Positions 57,201 through 64,000 of a stretch of DNA of 64,000 nucleotides are shown one piece after another. The DNA comes from Auanema rhodensis (lineage: Eukaryota > Animalia > Nematoda), in NCBI GenBank assembly GCA_964057225.1, contig OZ059900.1:16802001-16866000 (forward strand), given 5' to 3'. A program made the position numbers and the translations under genes. Every line of letters begins with the position of its first letter. Within the stretch, counting starts at the first letter, position 1. A model generated the notes under the pieces. That model ran no database searches. It saw only the letters and a list, made by a program, of their open reading frames with translations, and had not been told where the DNA came from.

Positions 57201-60200
57201 ACGAACAATTTTGAGCTAGGTTTCATTGACATTGCATGAGTTTGAACACATGAAATCGTAAGTCAAAACCTTGTTTACAGCGAAATTTCCAAAAACTGGT
57301 TTTCCAGCATAATAAAATATTTCTCATGGGAAATACTGTGTTTTTGTATTTTTCTAGTGTTCAGCATGTAAAATGCTTCATTTTAGTATGTAACACGCTG
57401 AAATTCGTTGCATTTGACGACTCATATGAACAAAAATCGATTTAATCAATATTAGCCATAAGGGGCGTGCCCTCAGAATATGCTAATTTCCTTAATTTTC
57501 TAACCCCTGTTTTTTTGTCGTGAAAGTGGAACTAGACGTTGTACGAACAATTTTGAGCTAGGTTTCATTGACATTGCATGAGTTTGAACACATGAAATCG
57601 TAAGTCAAAACCTTGTTTACAGCGAAATTTCCAAAAACTGGTTTTCCAGCATAATAAAATATTTCTCATGGGAAATACTGTGTTTTTGTATTTTTCTAGT
57701 GTTCAGCATGTAAAATGCTTCATTTTAGTATGTAACACGCTGAAATTCGTTGCATTTGACGACTCATATGAACAAAAATCGATTTAATCAATATTAGCCA
57801 TAAGGGGCGTGCCCTCAGAATATGCTAATTTCCTTAATTTTCTAACCCCTGTTTTTTTGTCGTGAAAGTGGAACTAGACGTTGTACGAACAATTTTGAGC
57901 TAGGTTTCATTGACATTGCATGAGTTTGAACACATGAAATCGTAAGTCAAAACCTTGTTTACAGCGAAATTTCCAAAAACTGGTTTTCCAGCATAATAAA
58001 ATATTTCTCATGGGGAATACTGTGTTTTTGTATTTTTCTAGTGTTCAGCATGTAAAATGCTTCATTTTAGTATGTAACACGCTGAAATTCGTTGCATTTG
58101 ACGACTCATATGAACAAAAATCGATTTAATCAATATTAGCCATGAGGGGCGTGCCCTCAGAATATGCTAATTTCCTTAATTTTCTAACCCCTGTTTTTTT
58201 GTCGTGAAAGTGGAACTAGACGTTGTACGAACAATTTTGAGCTAGGTTTCATTGACATTGCATGAGTTTGAACACATGAAATCGTAAGTCAAAACCTTGT
58301 TTACAGCGAAATTTCCAAAAACTGGTTTTCCAGCATAATAAAATATTTCTCATGGGAAATACTGTGTTTTTGTATTTTTCTAGTGTTCAGCATGTAAAAT
58401 GCTTCATTTTAGTTTGTAACACGCTGAAATTCGTTGCATTTGACGACTCATATGAACAAAAATCGATTTAATCAATATTAGCCATAAGGGGCGTGCCCTC
58501 AGAATATGCTAATTTCCTTAATTTTCTAACCCCTGTTTTTTTGTCGTGAAAGTGGAACTAGACGTTGTACGAACAATTTTGAGCTAGGTTTCATTGACAT
58601 TGCATGAGTTTGAACACATGAAATCGTAAGTCAAAACCTTGTTTACAGCGAAATTTCCAAAAACTGGTTTTCCAGCATAATAAAATATTTCTCATGGGGA
58701 ATACTGTGTTTTTGTATTTTTCTAGTGTTCAGCATGTAAAATGCTTCATTTTAGTATGTAACACGCTGAAATTCGTTGCATTTGACGACTCATATGAACA
58801 AAAATCGATTTAATCAATATTAGCCATGAGGGGCGTGCCCTCAGAATATGCTAATTTCCTTAATTTTCTAACCCCTGTTTTTTTGTCGTGAAAGTGGAAC
58901 TAGACGTTGTACGAACAATTTTGAGCTAGGTTTCATTGACATTGCATGAGTTTGAACACATGAAATCGTAAGTCAAAACCTTGTTTACAGCGAAATTTCC
59001 AAAAACTGGTTTTCCAGCATAATAAAATATTTCTCATGGGAAACACTGTGTTTTTGTATTTTTCTAGTGTTCAGCATGTAAAATGCTTCATTTTAGTTTG
59101 TAACACGCTGAAATTCGTTGCATTTGACGACTCATATGAACAAAAATCGATTTAATCAATATTAGCCATAAGGGGCGTGCCCTCAGAATATGCTAATTTC
59201 CTTAATTTTCTAACCCCTGTTTTTTTGTCGTGAAAGTGGAACTAGACGTTGTACGAACAATTTTGAGCTAGGTTTCATTGACATTGCATGAGTTTGAACA
59301 CATGAAATCGTAAGTCAAAACCTTGTTTACAGCGAAATTTCCAAAAACTGGTTTTCCAGCATAATAAAATATTTCTCATGGGAAATACTGTGTTTTTGTA
59401 TTTTTCTAGTGTTCAGCATGTAAAATGCTTCATTTTAGTATGTAACACGCTGAAATTCGTTGCATTTGACGACTCATATGAACAAAAATCGATTTAATCA
59501 ATATTAGCCATAAGGGGCGTGCCCTCAGAATATGCTAATTTCCTTAATTTTCTAACCCCTGTTTTTTTGTTGTGAAAGTGGAACTAGACGTTGTACGAAC
59601 AATTTTGAGCTAGGTTTCATTGACATTGCATGAGTTTGAACACATGAAATCGTAAGTCAAAACCTTGTTTACAGCGAAATTTCCAAAAACTGGTTTTCCA
59701 GCATAATAAAATATTTCTCATGGGAAATACTGTGTTTTTGTATTTTTCTAGTGTTCAGCATGTAAAATGCTTCATTTTAGTATGTAACACGCTGAAATTC
59801 GTTGCATTTGACGACTCATATGAACAAAAATCGATTTAATCAATATTAGCCATAAGGGGCGTGCCCTCAGAATATGCTAATTTCCTTAATTTTCTAACCC
59901 CTGTTTTTTTGTCGTGAAAGTGGAACTAGACGTTGTACGAACAATTTTGAGCTAGGTTTCATTGACATTGCATGAGTTTGAACACATGCAATCGTAAGTC
60001 AAAACTTTGTTTACAGCGAAATTTTCAAAAACTGGTTTTCCAGCATAATAAAATATTTCTCATGGGAAATACTGTGTTTTTGTATTTTTCTAGTGTTCAG
60101 CATGTAAAATGCTTCATTTTAGTATGTAACACGCTGAAATTCGTTGCATTTGACGACTCATATGAACAAAAATCGATTTAATCAATATTAGCCATGAGGG

Positions 60201-63200
60201 GCGTGCCCTCAGAATATGCTAATTTCCTTAATTTTCTAACCCCTGTTTTTTTGTCGTGAAAGTGGAACTAGACGTTGTACGAACAATTTTGAGCTAGGTT
60301 TCATTGACATTGCATGAGTTTGAACACATGAAATCGTAAGTCAAAACCTTGTTTACAGCGAAATTTCCAAAAACTGGTTTTCCAGCATAATAAAATATTT
60401 CTCATGGGAAACACTGTGTTTTTGTATTTTTCTAGTGTTCAGCATGTAAAATGCTTCATTTTAGTTTGTAACACGCTGAAATTCGTTGCATTTGACGACT
60501 CATATGAACAAAAATCGATTTAATCAATATTAGCCATAAGGGGCGTGCCCTCAGAATATGCTAATTTCCTTAATTTTCTAACCCCTGTTTTTTTGTCGTG
60601 AAAGTGGAACTAGACGTTGTACGAACAATTTTGAGCTAGGTTTCATTGACATTGCATGAGTTTGAACACATGAAATCGTAAGTCAAAACCTTGTTTACAG
60701 CGAAATTTCCAAAAACTGGTTTTCCAGCATAATAAAATATTTCTCATTTGAAATACTGTGTTTTTGTATTTTTCTAGTGTTCAGCATGTAAAATGCTTCA
60801 TTTTAGTATGTAACACGCTGAAATTCGTTGCATTTGACGACTCATATGAACAAAAATCGATTTAATCAATATTAGCCATAAGGGGCGTGCCCTCAGAATA
60901 TGCTAATTTCCTTAATTTTCTAACCCCTGTTTTTTTGTCGTGAAAGTGGAACTAGACGTTGTACGAACAATTTTGAGCTAGGTTTCATTGACATTGCATG
61001 AGTTTGAACACATGAAATCGTAAGTCAAAACCTTGTTTACAGCGAAATTTCCAAAAACTGGTTTTCCAGCATAATAAAATATTTCTCATGGGAAATACTG
61101 TGTTTTTGTATTTTTCTAGTGTTCAGCATGTAAAATGCTTCATTTTAGTATGTAACACGCTGAAATTCGTTGCATTTGACGACTCATATGAACAAAAATC
61201 GATTTAATCAATATTAGCCATAAGGGGCGTGCCCTCAGAATATGCTAATTTCCTTAATTTTCTAACCCCTGTTTTTTTGTCGTGAAAGTGGAACTAGACG
61301 TTGTACGAACATTTTTGAGCTAGGTTTCATTGACATTGCATGAGTTTGAACACATGAAATCGTAAGTCAAAACCTTGTTTACAGCGAAATTTCCAAAAAC
61401 TGGTTTTCCAGCATAATAAAATATTTCTCATGGGGAATACTGTGTTTTTGTATTTTTCTAGTGTTCAGCATGTAAAATGCTTCATTTTAGTTTGTAACAC
61501 GCTGAAATTCGTTGCATTTGACGACTCATATGAACAAAAATCGATTTAATCAATATTAGCCATAAGGGGCGTGCCCTCAGAATATGCTAATTTCCTTAAT
61601 TTTCTAACCCCTGTTTTTTTGTCGTGAAAGTGGAACTAGACGTTGTACGAACAATTTTGAGCTAGGTTTCATTGACATTGCATGAGTTTGAACACATGAA
61701 ATCGTAAGTCAAAACCTTGTTTACAGCGAAATTTCCAAAAACTGGTTTTCCAGCATAATAAAATATTTCTCATTTGAAATACTGTGTTTTTGTATTTTTC
61801 TAGTGTTCAGCATGTAAAATGCTTCATTTTAGTATGTAACACGCTGAAATTCGTTGCATTTGACGACTCATATGAACAAAAATCGATTTAATCAATATTA
61901 GCCATAAGGGGCGTGCCCTCAGAATATGCTAATTTCCTTAATTTTCTAACCCCTGTTTTTTTGTCGTGAAAGTGGAACTAGACGTTGTACGAACAATTTT
62001 GAGCTAGGTTTCATTGACATTGCATGAGTTTGAACACATGAAATCGTAAGTCAAAACCTTGTTTACAGCGAAATTTCCAAAAACTGGTTTTCCAGCATAA
62101 TAAAATATTTCTCATGGGAAATACTGTGTTTTTGTATTTTTCTAGTGTTCAGCATGTAAAATGCTTCATTTTAGTATGTAACACGCTGAAATTCGTTGCA
62201 TTTGACGACTCATATGAACAAAAATCGATTTAATCAATATTAGCCATAAGGGGCGTGCCCTCAGAATATGCTAATTTCCTTAATTTTCTAACCCCTGTTT
62301 TTTTGTCGTGAAAGTGGAACTAGACGTTGTACGAACAATTTTGAGCTAGGTTTCATTGACATTGCATGAGTTTGAACACATGAAATCGTAAGTCAAAACC
62401 TTGTTTACAGCGAAATTTCCAAAAACTGGTTTTCCAGCATAATAAAATATTTCTCATGGGAAATACTGTGTTTTTGTATTTTTCTAGTGTTCAGCATGTA
62501 AAATGCTTCATTTTAGTATGTAACACGCTGAAATTCGTTGCATTTGACGACTCATATGAACAAAAATCGATTTAATCAATATTAGCCATAAGGGGCGTGC
62601 CCTCAGAATATGCTAATTTCCTTAATTTTCTAACCCCTGTTTTTTTGTCGTGAAAGTGGAACTAGACGTTGTACGAACAATTTTGAGCTAGGTTTCATTG
62701 ACATTGCATGAGTTTGAACACATGAAATCGTAAGTCAAAACCTTGTTTACAGCGAAATTTCCAAAAACTGGTTTTCCAGCATAATAAAATATTTCTCATG
62801 GGGAATACTGTGTTTTTGTATTTTTCTAGTGTTCAGCATGTAAAATGCTTCATTTTAGTTTGTAACACGCTGAAATTCGTTGCATTTGACGACTCATATG
62901 AACAAAAATCGATTTAATCAATATTAGCCATAAGGGGCGTGCCCTCAGAATATGCTAATTTCCTTAATTTTCTAACACCTGTTTTTTTGTCGTGAAAGTG
63001 GAACTAGACGTTGTACGAACAATTTTGAGCTAGGTTTCATTGACATTGCATGAGTTTGAACACATGAAATCGTAAGTCAAAACCTTGTTTACAGCGAAAT
63101 TTCCAAAAACTGGTTTTCCAGCATAATAAAATATTTCTCATGGGGAATACTGTGTTTTTGTATTTTTCTAGTGTTCAGCATGTAAAATGCTTCATTTTAG

Positions 63201-64000
63201 TTTGTAACACGCTGAAATTCGTTGCATTTGACGACTCATATGAACAAAAATCGATTTAATCAATATTAGCCATAAGGGGCGTGCCCTCAGAATATGCTAA
63301 TTTCCTTAATTTTCTAACACCTGTTTTTTTGTCGTGAAAGTGGAACTAGACGTTGTACGAACAATTTTGAGCTAGGTTTCATTGACATTGCATGAGTTTG
63401 AACACATGAAATCGTAAGTCAAAACCTTGTTTACAGCGAAATTTCCAAAAACTGGTTTTCCAGCATAATAAAATATTTCTCATGGGGAATACTGTGTTTT
63501 TGTATTTTTCTAGTGTTCAGCATGTAAAATGCTTCATTTTAGTTTGTAACACGCTGAAATTCGTTGCATTTGACGACTCATATGAACAAAAATCGATTTA
63601 ATCAATATTAGCCATAAGGGGCGTGCCCTCAGAATATGCTAATTTCCTTAATTTTCTAACACCTGTTTTTTTGTCGTGAAAGTGGAACTAGACGTTGTAC
63701 GAACAATTTTGAGCTAGGTTTCATTGACATTGCATGAGTTTGAACACATGAAATCGTAAGTCAAAACCTTGTTTACAGCGAAATTTCCAAAAACTGGTTT
63801 TCCAGCATAATAAAATATTTCTCATGGGGAATACTGTGTTTTTGTATTTTTCTAGTGTTCAGCATGTAAAATGCTTCATTTTAGTTTGTAACACGCTGAA
63901 ATTCGTTGCATTTGACGACTCATATGAACAAAAATCGATTTAATCAATATTAGCCATAAGGGGCGTGCCCTCAGAATATGCTAATTTCCTTAATTTTCTA
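36271..64000 (+). repeat. Copy 2 of the ~29.7-kb macro-duplication (runs off the window end)
   Basis: Same ordered barcode of rare variants as copy 1. The junction is bracketed between 36194 (last base diagnostic of the preceding domain) and 36362 (ACCTAGG variant matching 6692). Confidence 0.92.
42150..46250 (+). repeat. Tandem duplication of a 6-monomer block (2051 bp) specific to copy 2
   Basis: The private SNV AATATCAGCC occurs at 43094 and 45145 (offset 2051 = 6x342-1). The offset between the large copies jumps from 29670 to 31721 across this region. Confidence 0.85.

Larger units (their letters stand above)
1..64000. repeat. Tandem satellite DNA array, 342-bp monomer, ~187 copies, head-to-tail, extends beyond both window edges
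   Basis: GCATGT(A/G)AAATGC recurs at 1, 343, 685 ... 3421, 6841 (exact 342-bp period). Every part of the window matches the same consensus with only scattered SNVs, 1-3 bp indels and one 76-bp deletion. AT-rich with many A/T tracts. No reverse-orientation copies seen. Confidence 0.99.

Noticed and set aside
59972-60181. Second identical 69-aa ORF as evidence of conservation
   Set aside because: The identity is explained by the recent macro-duplication (offset 28719, shared with neighbouring markers), not by selection.
1-64000. CRISPR array or tandem RNA-gene cluster (5S, tRNA, snRNA, spliced leader)
   Set aside because: There are no unique spacers and the entire unit repeats. I recognise no 5S, tRNA or snRNA sequence or clear Pol III A/B boxes in the monomer. 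An Rfam/Infernal scan would be the definitive test.

Overview
The whole 64-kb window is one uninterrupted head-to-tail tandem satellite array of about 187 copies of a 342-bp monomer, all in the same orientation. The consensus is about 34% GC (hand count, 116/342) and most monomers differ from it at only a few positions. I see no genes, RNA genes, transposon insertions, inversions or unique DNA, and it looks like eukaryotic (peri)centromeric or heterochromatic satellite; I cannot name the family or species. The two 69-aa ORFs come from a single TGA>TGC variant monomer that was copied in a large duplication. Rare variants used as barcodes show nested structure: a ~29.7-kb tandem duplication (copy 1 ~6.6-36.3 kb, copy 2 ~36.3 kb to beyond 64 kb), later whole-monomer gains and losses, local 9-mer, 6-mer and 4-mer repeats, a 76-bp-deleted monomer, variant-defined domains and apparent gene-conversion patches. 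The monomer is rich in dyad symmetries. An 18-bp quasi-palindrome appears to be a mutation and deletion hotspot, and several recurrent variants perfect short palindromes. Monomer positions (m) are numbered with window base 1 = m1. I found no novel protein-coding system.
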